Shown here piece by piece: positions 1 through 8,376 of a DNA stretch of 32,000 nt. The stretch is taken from positions 510,001-542,000 of the forward strand of contig OW818675.1 of assembly GCA_942493095.1 (NCBI GenBank), in the 5' to 3' direction. A program made the translations under genes and the position numbers. Every line of letters begins with the position of its first letter. Position 1 is the stretch's first letter. Source of the stretch: Candidatus Electronema halotolerans. GTDB lineage: Bacteria > Desulfobacterota > Desulfobulbia > Desulfobulbales > Desulfobulbaceae. The notes under the pieces were generated by a model that had not been told where the DNA came from, searched no databases, and saw nothing but the letters and a program-made list of their open reading frames with translations.

Positions 1-776
1 CTTTCATCCGAAAGCTTATCCTGCCAGAGCGATTTGGGATCGTGATTGACAATCAAGGCAAGCGAAGCAAGCGCGCTGCCGCCGGTTGCCAAAAGACAGG
101 TGGCAGTGAAGTGAAACTCGCCAGCTTGGCGCGGGGTGCCGCTGAGGCATTGGGCTTCTTTGTCATAAGCAAGGCCAAGCTCGGCAAGCTGCTTTGTCTC
201 TTCAATCCGGGTGATTTTGCATGAGGGCGCACCCTCCGCAGCAATCTTTTCCGAATAAAAGGCATTGACCATTGCATTAGGAACTCTGAGGACAATTGTC
301 TGATCATGAGGAGGCTTCATAGGTGTTTTCTGCAAGTTTATATGGCTTTTAGCTGCCGGACTTGGTTCTTCGTCAGAGGGGGCTGTCACAATATTTTTTT
401 CAGCATCGTTCTCGGCAAGGTGTTCAACAGGAGCTTCTTCGCAAGGCATCGCCGCCGCAATCTTGCTCTCTGTCTCAGAAACAGCATTTTCAGCAGGAGG
501 CAATGGTTTTTCCTTGCTCAGATTGATACGTGCTGGCGCAGGGCTGGCATCTTCCTGTTGATCTGCCGACTCGGCATCGACAGACTCTGCATCCTTTTCT
601 CTCCAAACAGACCATTTTTGCCGCAGTTCTTCTGAAAAAGATTGGAGACGGGCAAGCACATCCGTCTCAAGAAGAAACTGTTGCAGTTCATTTTTTGAGG
701 GCTGCTCGTCGTGAAGAGAGAACAGCAGTCGGCAGACCACCTGAAGTGTCGCCTTTTCTTCAGTCATATCTTTCAT
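1..776 (-). CDS. Conserved hypothetical protein, partial (runs off left edge); contains a putative Ig/He_PIG-like segment
   Basis: Reading the complement from ATG at 776 gives an uninterrupted frame MKDMTEEKATLQVVCRLLFSLHDEQPSK... to ...GLAYDKEAQCLSGTPRQAGEFHFTATCLLATGG...LIVNHDPKSLW..., still open at base 1. 'GLxxDxxxxxLSGTPxxAGxFxFTxTC' resembles He_PIG domains. Confidence 0.65.
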   Translation of the reverse strand, partial: MKDMTEEKATLQVVCRLLFSLHDEQPSKNELQQFLLETDVLARLQSFSEELRQKWSVWREKDAESVDAESADQQEDASPAPARINLSKEKPLPPAENAVSETESKIAAAMPCEEAPVEHLAENDAEKNIVTAPSDEEPSPAAKSHINLQKTPMKPPHDQTIVLRVPNAMVNAFYSEKIAAEGAPSCKITRIEETKQLAELGLAYDKEAQCLSGTPRQAGEFHFTATCLLATGGSALASLALIVNHDPKSLWQDKLSDE

Positions 777-898
777 GCAACCCGCCTCATTTTTTAAAAA
801 ATGTCATAGCTGTCATTCCCAAAAAAACATCTGGCTGCTCTTGCCATTTTCTTTGCTTCTCCTGTATAATACAAGTAAACCAACAAGGGAGAATAACA

Positions 899-1180
899 AT
901 GAAGATAGCATATTTTTTCGCCTCCGTCTCGATTGCGGCCATTCTTTCCGCCTGTGTCGGACCAGGCACAGGGCCTTATGGCACCTATACAGCGGCTGAC
1001 CGGTATCGGGATCAGACCAACACTGCCATTGCCATTGGCGCGACAGCCATCGGTGCAACCGTGATTGGCGCGTCTCTCTACAATGCCGGACGACATGATG
1101 GCAGAAGGGAAGTCTATCGACCGCCAGCACCACCTCCTCCAGCAGCATACAGACCGCCGTTGCAGCCGAGGTTCAGATAA
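899..1180 (+). CDS. Small glycine-zipper-like lipoprotein / outer-membrane-associated protein
   Basis: MKIAYFFASVSIAAILSACVGPGTGP...: signal peptide with lipobox (LSAC), AIAIGATAIGATVIGASL hydrophobic repeat, Pro-rich tail. GGGAG-like RBS upstream. Internal start of ORF 530..1180. Confidence 0.7.
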   Translation: MKIAYFFASVSIAAILSACVGPGTGPYGTYTAADRYRDQTNTAIAIGATAIGATVIGASLYNAGRHDGRREVYRPPAPPPPAAYRPPLQPRFR

Positions 1181-1277
1181 GCACAACAGGAAGCAGGCAT
1201 GCGGCAGGGTGTCCTGCTTCCTGTTGCGTCAGTGCCCTCAAGCCCGCTCTCTCTGGCAAAAGGCTGATCTTTTTCGA

Positions 1278-1913
1278 TCAGTTCCGCAGCGCGGAATGCG
1301 TTGCAATCAGCCCATCTGCGCCGCAGTCCTCCTCTCCCCGCAACACAACAATCTCCTTGCAGAACTTGGCCACCTCCAGCAGATTGTGCGAAATGCAGAT
1401 GAACAGCTTGTCCGGGAACAGCCGCTTGAGTTGCAGGATGATGCTTTCGCGCAGCTTCTCATAGACATTGGCAAGGCTCTCATCCATGATCAGCAGGTCA
1501 AAGTCCTGCAACAGATAGCGCAGCAGGTTGATGCGGTTGCGCTGGCCCAAGGAAAGCTGGGAGAACGTGGCCCGCATCAGTCCGCTGAGGCCGAACAGCT
1601 CTGTCAGTTCACGGCGCAGCCCGCCCTTGCCCGGCGGTGAGACCGCGTCCAGATGCTCTGCCAGCCGTGTCCAGCCCGGCAGCCGCTCCAAGTTGTGCGT
1701 GTAGAGAATTGTGCTGATGCCTTCTGGCCGCAATTCTCCGGCAGCAGGGGCAAGGCTGCCTGCCAGGATGCGGGCCAGCGAGCTTTTCCCAACCCCGGAC
1801 GGGCCGAAGACCGCGTTGAAGCCCGGCCCGACCAGCCTGAAGCTCAGTTTATCCAAGACCTTGGCTTGGCTGTTTGGATACATGAAACAGAGATTACTGC
1901 ATTGCAGAAACAT
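1278..1913 (-). CDS. ABC-type ATPase (small, 211 aa)
   Basis: Walker A FGPSGVGKSS; signature-like LSLGQRNRINLLR; Walker B DLLIMDES; H-loop CISHN. Confidence 0.85.
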   Translation of the reverse strand: MFLQCSNLCFMYPNSQAKVLDKLSFRLVGPGFNAVFGPSGVGKSSLARILAGSLAPAAGELRPEGISTILYTHNLERLPGWTRLAEHLDAVSPPGKGGLRRELTELFGLSGLMRATFSQLSLGQRNRINLLRYLLQDFDLLIMDESLANVYEKLRESIILQLKRLFPDKLFICISHNLLEVAKFCKEIVVLRGEEDCGADGLIATHSALRN

Positions 1914-1968
1914 GATCGCTCCTCAGCAAAGAACAGAACTGGAGGCAGATGAATAGAGCCAGCGGAAC

Positions 1969-3315
1969 TCAGCTCAATGACAGGCTGTTGAGCAGCCCAA
2001 GCAGGCCGTTCTGCTGGAAGAGAAGAACAGCCCTGTCTGCCGGAGAGCGGCGGTCGGCAAGCCGTTCCCGTAAAGGGTTCAGAAAGGTTTCCTCGCCCAC
2101 GGCGCGTTGACGCAGACCGTTTGCCGCAATTTCCAGCAGTTCCGCCAGCAGGGGCAGGACTGACTCGCCCTGCATCCGAGCGGAAAAACCTTGGTTCAGA
2201 GCATCAGTGCGGAGCAGCCGCCAGTCCTGCCAAGAAAAACGATTGAGCAGCCGTTCCGCCGCCGTGAGATTTTCGATCAATCCCAGCACCAAAGCCTGCG
2301 AGCAGAGGCTTTCTCCGGGCGGCTGCTGGCAGCAGACGCGGGCCTCGACCGTTCCGAATTTAGGAGCCAGCCGTCCGTTGAACCATGCATACCCGGCCTG
2401 ATTGACAATGTCCTCCAAAGCAGGAACAAGAGTGCGGGACTCGCCGCTGACACTTCTGCCGTCAACAGATTCAGCGGCAAAAAAATCGAAAAAACTGCCT
2501 GTAACAGGCAAAGCAAACGATTGGCCATTACGTTCAACAGTCTGCATTTTGAAAGCGCAGAGCTGCCGAACATAGTCTTTTATGTCGGTAAATTGCGCCG
2601 CCATGCCGATCTGCTCCTCACGATTTGGAAAGCACTGGCCCCAGAGCAGCTCCCGCATCGCTCCTGACCTGCCGTCAACATTGCCCTGCCAGATCGGCGA
2701 ATTGGCATGAAGAATGATGAACAGCCCGGCCAAGCCGTTGAGCACATTGACCACCCTGACCGCCTCAGCACGGCTGACATCAACATGGGTCTGGCTGGAG
2801 GCGGTGATGCCGAGGAAATCGCTGTCATACCCGTGCTCAGGGCTGACAAAGCGGTTGGCGGACCAATCTTTGAAGAACAGATAGCGGCTCTTGGGCGTGA
2901 TCAGCCGTCTGTGCGGCGGAGAAAGCGGCTGGATGCCGTAACCCAAGATCAGCGCGTCCTGTTCGGCAAAATATTGCGAAAGCGGCCGCAGCAGGCTGGT
3001 CAGGGAGCGGTTCAGGGCAAAGAGGTCTTTTGCTGGAGCCGGAGCTATTTCAATGGTGCTGTAACCAAGGTCTGTGCAGATGATGTCGCCAGCCCGTTCC
3101 GCATAGACAATTTTGCCGCTGTCCGCATCCTTTTTCAAAGCAAAGCCTTGCTGCTCCAAAAGCGCATACATCTGGCTGATGACCGGATAGGCGACCGCTT
3201 CGCCGTTGCTGCTGACCACGGGAAATTCACCTTCCATGCCCACCCAACGCGGCTTGTCCGGGCTGTGGGTGAAATTCCGCGCAAAGATGCTGACAAGGGC
3301 GGCCAGACGGCTCAT
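1969..3315 (-). CDS. Glutamate-cysteine ligase (GCS2-like family)
   Basis: 448 aa; GMEGEFPVV, GYSTIEIAPAP, GITASSQTHVDV, LHANSPIWQG, TVEARVC features typical of GCS2-type carboxylate-amine ligases. Confidence 0.75.
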   Translation of the reverse strand: MSRLAALVSIFARNFTHSPDKPRWVGMEGEFPVVSSNGEAVAYPVISQMYALLEQQGFALKKDADSGKIVYAERAGDIICTDLGYSTIEIAPAPAKDLFALNRSLTSLLRPLSQYFAEQDALILGYGIQPLSPPHRRLITPKSRYLFFKDWSANRFVSPEHGYDSDFLGITASSQTHVDVSRAEAVRVVNVLNGLAGLFIILHANSPIWQGNVDGRSGAMRELLWGQCFPNREEQIGMAAQFTDIKDYVRQLCAFKMQTVERNGQSFALPVTGSFFDFFAAESVDGRSVSGESRTLVPALEDIVNQAGYAWFNGRLAPKFGTVEARVCCQQPPGESLCSQALVLGLIENLTAAERLLNRFSWQDWRLLRTDALNQGFSARMQGESVLPLLAELLEIAANGLRQRAVGEETFLNPLRERLADRRSPADRAVLLFQQNGLLGLLNSLSLS

Positions 3316-3363
3316 GATTTCGGCTCTCCGATAATTTCCGGGGTTGTAATTCCAGTGCTTTTG

Positions 3364-3549
3364 GTGAATTCAAGTTCCAAGTGCAACTTTTTTTGGTTGC
3401 AAGAAAAGGCAGTTACGGGAGTGTCACAACTTTGCTTTTGTCGCTAACTAAGAGAAAATAATTGAAAATTTACATGAAGTATTCAAAGTGCCAGCCAACC
3501 TATGCTTTTTGGATAACCAAAAAAAGTTGCACTTGCGAGTTGAATCCAC
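3364..3549. repeat. ~186-bp element bounded by 33-bp imperfect terminal inverted repeats (MITE-like)
   Basis: 3364..3396 gtgaattcaagttccaagtgcaactttttttgg versus reverse complement of 3517..3549 gtggattcaactcgcaagtgcaactttttttgg: 29/33 identical. No credible ORF inside. Confidence 0.7.
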
Positions 3550-3688
3550 AACTCACTTTACGGAGTAGTTATCTCAGTAATGCTAACCAATCGGTATCAC
3601 ATAATTTTCGAGACAGCAACACTCAACAGGGGCACCACCCGATTTTGTCAACCACAGAAAAACTCGGAGAGCCATGATTTCTCCTTAC

Positions 3689-4978
3689 TTAGTCAGGGGG
3701 CAGAAGAAGAACCGGAGAAAAACCATATCCCGGCTTGTTGTTGTCACCGAAATGGATGCGCGCTTCTGGCTGGCCGCCAGTTGTCCGGCGGAAATGACCG
3801 ATGCGGGCCATTGGCACGGCGATCAGTTCCTGCTCAGACTGGCTGAACATCAGGCGCAGCTCAATGATTTTTTCCTGTCCGTCATCAGTGCGGAAGGTTG
3901 CAAACCGCACTTTGCGCTGGGCAATGTATTGATCCAAGAGCTGGTCGGCTTGCAGCGCGGTCAATATTTTTTGTGACGGCGAGAGAATCAATTCCCGGCC
4001 TGCTGCGCCCAGTTTGTGCTTCCAGACATAATCAGCAAAGGCCAGCCTGCCCTTGGCGAAATCTTCTGCGGCTTCGGCCAGTTCCACACTCTCCGGGTTG
4101 AGCGGATGCTGGACATGGACAAGCTGCTGCTTGGCGCAGGTCAGCGATCTGGCCGGATGATTGCAATAGCGCAGTCCTTCATAATATTGGTCATAGCGAA
4201 AACGCCATTTTTCTACATTGTGTGGATAGTTATCATCAAAAATGGCTTCCAAGGCCAGCACCCGGTTGTAGAGCTGCTGCACTTTTTTTGTTCTGCCAGT
4301 TGCTGTTTTGTACAGCAGCTCACCGTTGCAGGCGAACAGGTCAGCAGCATCTATAATTTCAATGCCAAGATTGATATCCTGCCGGGTGGCATGAAACTCA
4401 AAATTGGTTTTCTGCTCGCGCACCTGCCGATCAATGAGGATGTTGCCGTCCGGGCTGTCGCCGACCAGAATTTCCCGCATCAGCCTGATGAAGTCAGCAC
4501 GCTCCGGCTGCTCTGTGCCGGTGCCAAGAAAGATGCTGCTTTCCGGCAGACAGGCTTCCCGCAGCAGGCCGCTTAGATGCGCTGCTGTGACCGGATAGGT
4601 CGGCACAGCCTGACATTCGATCAGCCGCAGCCCTTCTGTAGTGACTGCCGCGTCGAGGTGAAAAAAGGCCGCTCCACCCTTCTGCTCCAGCGGCGAGAGA
4701 TTGGCCTGCGGCGGGAGAAAGCCGTCCGGCACAGGCAGGAATGCGCTCTGTTCCGTCATCTGCGCCAAAAGCTGCCTGCCGAGCAGAAACAACTCTTGGG
4801 CAAGATCGTGCCGCAGAACGACAAAATACTCAGCCAGCCGCATCTTTCCGCCGTTTTCCGCGCCGTTGCGGAACTGACAGCAGTCTTGCAGCCAGCGTTC
4901 CATTTCCTTGTACAGGCTGGACGGAATTTTTTCAAGGGCGGCACCGGATGCGCTCTCAATGTGGGCTGTGCAACACAT
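3689..4978 (-). CDS. Putative ATP-grasp-like ligase (glutathione-synthase-like), hypothetical
   Basis: 429 aa full-length ORF; TTEGLRLIECQAVPTYPV, GELLYKTATGRTKKVQQLYNRVLALEAI and C-terminal ARIHFGDNNKPGYGFSPVLL recall circularly permuted ATP-grasp-type proteins. Adjacent to and co-oriented with the GCS2-type ligase. Confidence 0.5.
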   Translation of the reverse strand: MCCTAHIESASGAALEKIPSSLYKEMERWLQDCCQFRNGAENGGKMRLAEYFVVLRHDLAQELFLLGRQLLAQMTEQSAFLPVPDGFLPPQANLSPLEQKGGAAFFHLDAAVTTEGLRLIECQAVPTYPVTAAHLSGLLREACLPESSIFLGTGTEQPERADFIRLMREILVGDSPDGNILIDRQVREQKTNFEFHATRQDINLGIEIIDAADLFACNGELLYKTATGRTKKVQQLYNRVLALEAIFDDNYPHNVEKWRFRYDQYYEGLRYCNHPARSLTCAKQQLVHVQHPLNPESVELAEAAEDFAKGRLAFADYVWKHKLGAAGRELILSPSQKILTALQADQLLDQYIAQRKVRFATFRTDDGQEKIIELRLMFSQSEQELIAVPMARIGHFRRTTGGQPEARIHFGDNNKPGYGFSPVLLLPPD

Positions 4979-5254
4979 TTTCTGTAATTTTAAAAAGTTG
5001 TCTATTCTTCTTCAGCATGGTGGAGAGGCATTCATACCTGTCGGCATGATTCACCTCGGATAGATGAACAGCAGATTTCCGCACTCCAAAAATATGATCG
5101 CTCCTCAGCAAAGAACAGGGCTGGAGACGCTTTTTCTTGCGGGCATTGATGCGGGATTGTATCTTCTTGGACGGGCAATGAACTTTGCTCAGTCCGTCTG
5201 TTACGGGCCGCAACCTGAACCTACCTGAAGACTGCTGCGGAGTCGAGAGAAAAA

Positions 5255-6256
5255 ATGCTCATCCTCGCCCTTGAAAGTTCCTGCGATGACACGGCGGCGG
5301 CAGTGCTGGCAGACGACCGGCAGGTGCTGGCCAACGTGATCAGCAGTCAGTTTGCCGTGCATGAAAAATACGGCGGCGTGGTTCCTGAACTGGCCTCGCG
5401 CTGCCATATTGAAGCGGTCTGGCCAGTGGCGCAGGAGGCCTTGGACAAGGCCGGAGTCAGCTTGACCGAGATCGGCCTGATTGCCGCCACCCAAGGGCCG
5501 GGACTGGTCGGCTGCCTGCTGGTCGGCTTCACCTTTGCCAAGTCCTTAGCCTTGGTGCGGCAGATACCCTGCGTGGGCGTGGATCATTTAGCCGGACACC
5601 TGTTAGCCATTCTTTTGGAAGATAAGAAACCAGAATTTCCCTACACCGCCTTGGTGGCATCCGGCGGCACCACCTCGCTCTTTGCGGTCAGCAGCCCGAC
5701 TGAATTCCGCCTGCTGGGCCGCACCCGCGACGATGCGGCAGGCGAGGCCTTTGACAAGACTGCCAAACTGCTCGGCTTGGGCTGTCCGGGCGGCCCGGCA
5801 GTGAGCAGGCTGGCTGAACAGGGCCGAGCTGATGCCTTTGCCTTTCCCCGCGCCCTGTCTGACGGCAGCGTGGATTTCAGCTTCAGCGGCCTGAAAACAG
5901 CAGTGGTCAATCAAGTCAACCAGTTCCGCCAAGCACATCAGCCTGTGCCGGTTGCAGACATCTGCGCTTCGTTTGAGCAGGCGGTTGCCGATGTTTTAGT
6001 GGATAAAACCATGCTTGCGGCAAGACGCTGCGGCTGCAGCCGGATTGCCCTTGGCGGCGGCGTGGCAGCCAACCGCAGGCTGAGAAAACTCATGGCCGCC
6101 CGCTGTGCCGAGGCAGGCTTGGCCTGCTTCCTGCCCTCGCCAATTTTTTGCACCGACAACGCAGCCATGATCGGCCTGGCCGGCTTTCATCAGTTTGCCG
6201 CTGGCAGGACGGTCGGCCCGGATGCGGACGCATTTTCCCGTTCGCCGCTCAATTGA
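5255..6256 (+). CDS. tsaD: tRNA N6-adenosine threonylcarbamoyltransferase
   Basis: MLILALESSCDDTAAAV, VVPELASRCHIEAVWPV, TQGPGLVGCLLVGFTFAKSLA, VDHLAGHLLA, VASGGTTSLF, FSFSGLKTAV, LGGGVAANRRLR, CTDNAAMIG: canonical TsaD/Gcp. Confidence 0.97.
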   Translation: MLILALESSCDDTAAAVLADDRQVLANVISSQFAVHEKYGGVVPELASRCHIEAVWPVAQEALDKAGVSLTEIGLIAATQGPGLVGCLLVGFTFAKSLALVRQIPCVGVDHLAGHLLAILLEDKKPEFPYTALVASGGTTSLFAVSSPTEFRLLGRTRDDAAGEAFDKTAKLLGLGCPGGPAVSRLAEQGRADAFAFPRALSDGSVDFSFSGLKTAVVNQVNQFRQAHQPVPVADICASFEQAVADVLVDKTMLAARRCGCSRIALGGGVAANRRLRKLMAARCAEAGLACFLPSPIFCTDNAAMIGLAGFHQFAAGRTVGPDADAFSRSPLN

Positions 6257-6258
6257 CC

Positions 6259-6813
6259 ATGTTCCGCAAGCTGTCCCGTCTGCCACGATACTATCTGCTC
6301 CGCGTCAAGCGGCTGAAGGGCGATCCTGAATATTTAGCCCGTGGCTTTGCCTTTGGCGTGTTCATGGGAGTCCTGCCCTTGGTGCCGGTGCAGACCATCA
6401 TCCTCGTGCCGCTGACCATCCTTTTCCGGGTCAGCACCATTGCCGCCCTGATTGCCGGGACCTTGGTCAGCAATCCCCTGACCTTCATGCCCCAGTATTA
6501 TCTGACCTGGAAGATCGGCAACGCGATCGTGCCGGGCGAAGTCTCGTGGGAGCAGCTCAATGCGGTGCTGCACGAGGTGGCCCGCTTCATGGCTGAGGAA
6601 AGCCTGCTGCGCGGCATTGCTGACAGCCTGACTGCAATCAGCCGACTCGGTCTCAACACAGTTGCTGTTCTGCTCACTGGCGGGGCCATCATCGGCATTC
6701 CTGCCGGTCTGATCAGCTACTGCTTTGCCCGCAAATTCTTTTATGCTGTCCGCGAGCGGCGGCTGAAACGCCAGCGTCTGCTCATAGACAGACCCAGAAA
6801 GCAAGACAACTGA
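6259..6813 (+). CDS. DUF2062-family membrane protein (copy 1)
   Basis: Start ATG 6259 (internal to ORF 6148..6813). RGFAFGVFMGVLPLVPVQTIILVPLTILFRVSTIAALIAGTLVSNPLTFMPQYYLTWKIGNAI. Confidence 0.85.
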   Translation: MFRKLSRLPRYYLLRVKRLKGDPEYLARGFAFGVFMGVLPLVPVQTIILVPLTILFRVSTIAALIAGTLVSNPLTFMPQYYLTWKIGNAIVPGEVSWEQLNAVLHEVARFMAEESLLRGIADSLTAISRLGLNTVAVLLTGGAIIGIPAGLISYCFARKFFYAVRERRLKRQRLLIDRPRKQDN

Positions 6814-6817
6814 CTGT

Positions 6818-7372
6818 ATGGAAACTGTGCTCCGAACTGCCCTGCGCCTGCCGCGTCTGCCACGGTATTATTTTCTCCGGGTCAAGCGGATGAAAGGCGA
6901 CCCGGAATATTTAGCCCGCAGCTTCGCCTTTGGCGTGTTCATGGGAGTGCTGCCGCTGATGCCGGTGCAGACCATCATTCTGGTTCCGCTGACCATCCTC
7001 CTCCGGGTCAGCACCATCACCGCCATGCTGGCCGGATATGTGGTCAGCAATCCGTTGACCTTTGTCCCCCAGTATTATAGCTGCTGGAAATTAGGCAATG
7101 CCATCCTGCCAAGCTGGGTGAGCTGGGAGCAGATTCACGCCGCCTTGCAGATCATCATCAATCCAGCGCCACAGTCAGACCTGTTCCAGAGCACCATGCA
7201 CGGTTTGACCGCTCTGAGCAAGCTCGGCTTCAAGGCCATAGCCGTGATGGAAACCGGCGGCACGATCATCGGCCTGCCCATCGCCATTGTCAGCTATTTT
7301 CTTGCCCTCAGATTCTTTTTGACCGTCCGGCAGAAGCGGGCGGTCAAGCATCGTTTGGATAATCGCCGCTGA
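6818..7372 (+). CDS. DUF2062-family membrane protein (copy 2, tandem paralog)
   Basis: 184 aa; ARSFAFGVFMGVLPLMPVQTIILVPLTILLRVSTITAMLAGYVVSNPLTFVPQYYSCWKLGNAI; clearly paralogous to 6259..6813. Confidence 0.85.
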   Translation: METVLRTALRLPRLPRYYFLRVKRMKGDPEYLARSFAFGVFMGVLPLMPVQTIILVPLTILLRVSTITAMLAGYVVSNPLTFVPQYYSCWKLGNAILPSWVSWEQIHAALQIIINPAPQSDLFQSTMHGLTALSKLGFKAIAVMETGGTIIGLPIAIVSYFLALRFFLTVRQKRAVKHRLDNRR

Positions 7373-8256
7373 TGTTTTACCAGAAAAGCAGGGCCGTGCT
7401 GCGGCAGCAAGGCTTGGCCGCCTCGAAAAAGCTGGGCCAGAACTTCTTGGTTCATCAGCAGACAGCGGAACAGATTGCTGATCTGGCGGGCCTGAGCAAA
7501 GAAGACACGGTTGTTGAGGTGGGAGTCGGTCTTGGCGCTCTGACTGCGCCTTTGGCAGAGGCTGCCGGGCAGGTGATCGGCCTGGAAGCTGATTCCGGCA
7601 TTGTCCGCCTGCATGAGGAGCAGCAGGATTTGCCTGCCAATGTCCGCCTCCTGCATCAGGACGTGCTCAAAGCGGATTTCCGCGCTTTGGCGGCAGAGTT
7701 TGGCCGCCTGAAAATTGTCGCCAATCTGCCCTATTCCATTTCCTCGCCCTTTCTCTTCAAGCTGATTGACGCTCCAGAGGCGATAGACTTTGCCGTGGTC
7801 ATGCTGCAAAAAGAGCTGGCCCAACGGCTGCTGGCCCAGCCCAACAGCAAGAAATACGGCGTGCCCACAGTGCTGCTGACTGCCTGCGCTGATGTTGAGC
7901 TGCTGCTGGAGCTTGGGCCAGAAGAATTCCATCCCCGGCCCAAGGTGGATTCGCTGCTTCTGCGCCTCATCTTCCAGCCGGTGCCGGAGCGGGTGCGCCA
8001 GCTTGGTGGTTTTGACCGGTCTTTGCTCAAGGGCCTTGTCAGCGCGGCCTTTGGCCAGCGGCGCAAGACCCTGAGCAACAGTTTGACTGCTGCCGGGCTG
8101 CTGCCAAAAAAGGTCTTGCTTGACTGCCTTGCCGCTGCGGCACTTTCTCCCTCAGCACGGGCCGAGCAGCTCAGTCTGGAGGATTTTGTCCGGCTGGCCC
8201 GGCAAATTCAAGAAATTTCAGGAGATGACAACGGCCTGAGCAACGCCGCTGGCTGA
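7372..8256 (+). CDS. rsmA: 16S rRNA (adenine1518-N6/adenine1519-N6)-dimethyltransferase
   Basis: KKLGQNFLVHQQTAEQIADLAG, VVEVGVGLGALTAPLAEAAGQVIGLEAD, IVANLPYSISSPFLFKL, MLQKELAQRL, FHPRPKVDS. Start overlaps the previous stop by 1 nt. Confidence 0.95.
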   Translation: MFYQKSRAVLRQQGLAASKKLGQNFLVHQQTAEQIADLAGLSKEDTVVEVGVGLGALTAPLAEAAGQVIGLEADSGIVRLHEEQQDLPANVRLLHQDVLKADFRALAAEFGRLKIVANLPYSISSPFLFKLIDAPEAIDFAVVMLQKELAQRLLAQPNSKKYGVPTVLLTACADVELLLELGPEEFHPRPKVDSLLLRLIFQPVPERVRQLGGFDRSLLKGLVSAAFGQRRKTLSNSLTAAGLLPKKVLLDCLAAAALSPSARAEQLSLEDFVRLARQIQEISGDDNGLSNAAG

Positions 8257-8277
8257 TGTCGGGCCGGTTTAATGGCA

Positions 8278-8313
8278 CGTGGATTCAAGTTCCATTTGCA
8301 ACTTGAATCCACG
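8278..8313. repeat. Perfect 14-bp inverted repeat (hairpin)
   Basis: cgtggattcaagtt (8278..8291) / aacttgaatccacg (8300..8313) with 8-nt loop ccatttgc. Its first 26 nt also match the TIR at 3364 with 3 mismatches. Confidence 0.75.
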
Positions 8314-8376
8314 GCAGCGCGATATTGTGCATGGCATCGTGAACGAGTTATAAAGCCAACTGCGTAACTCCTATTT

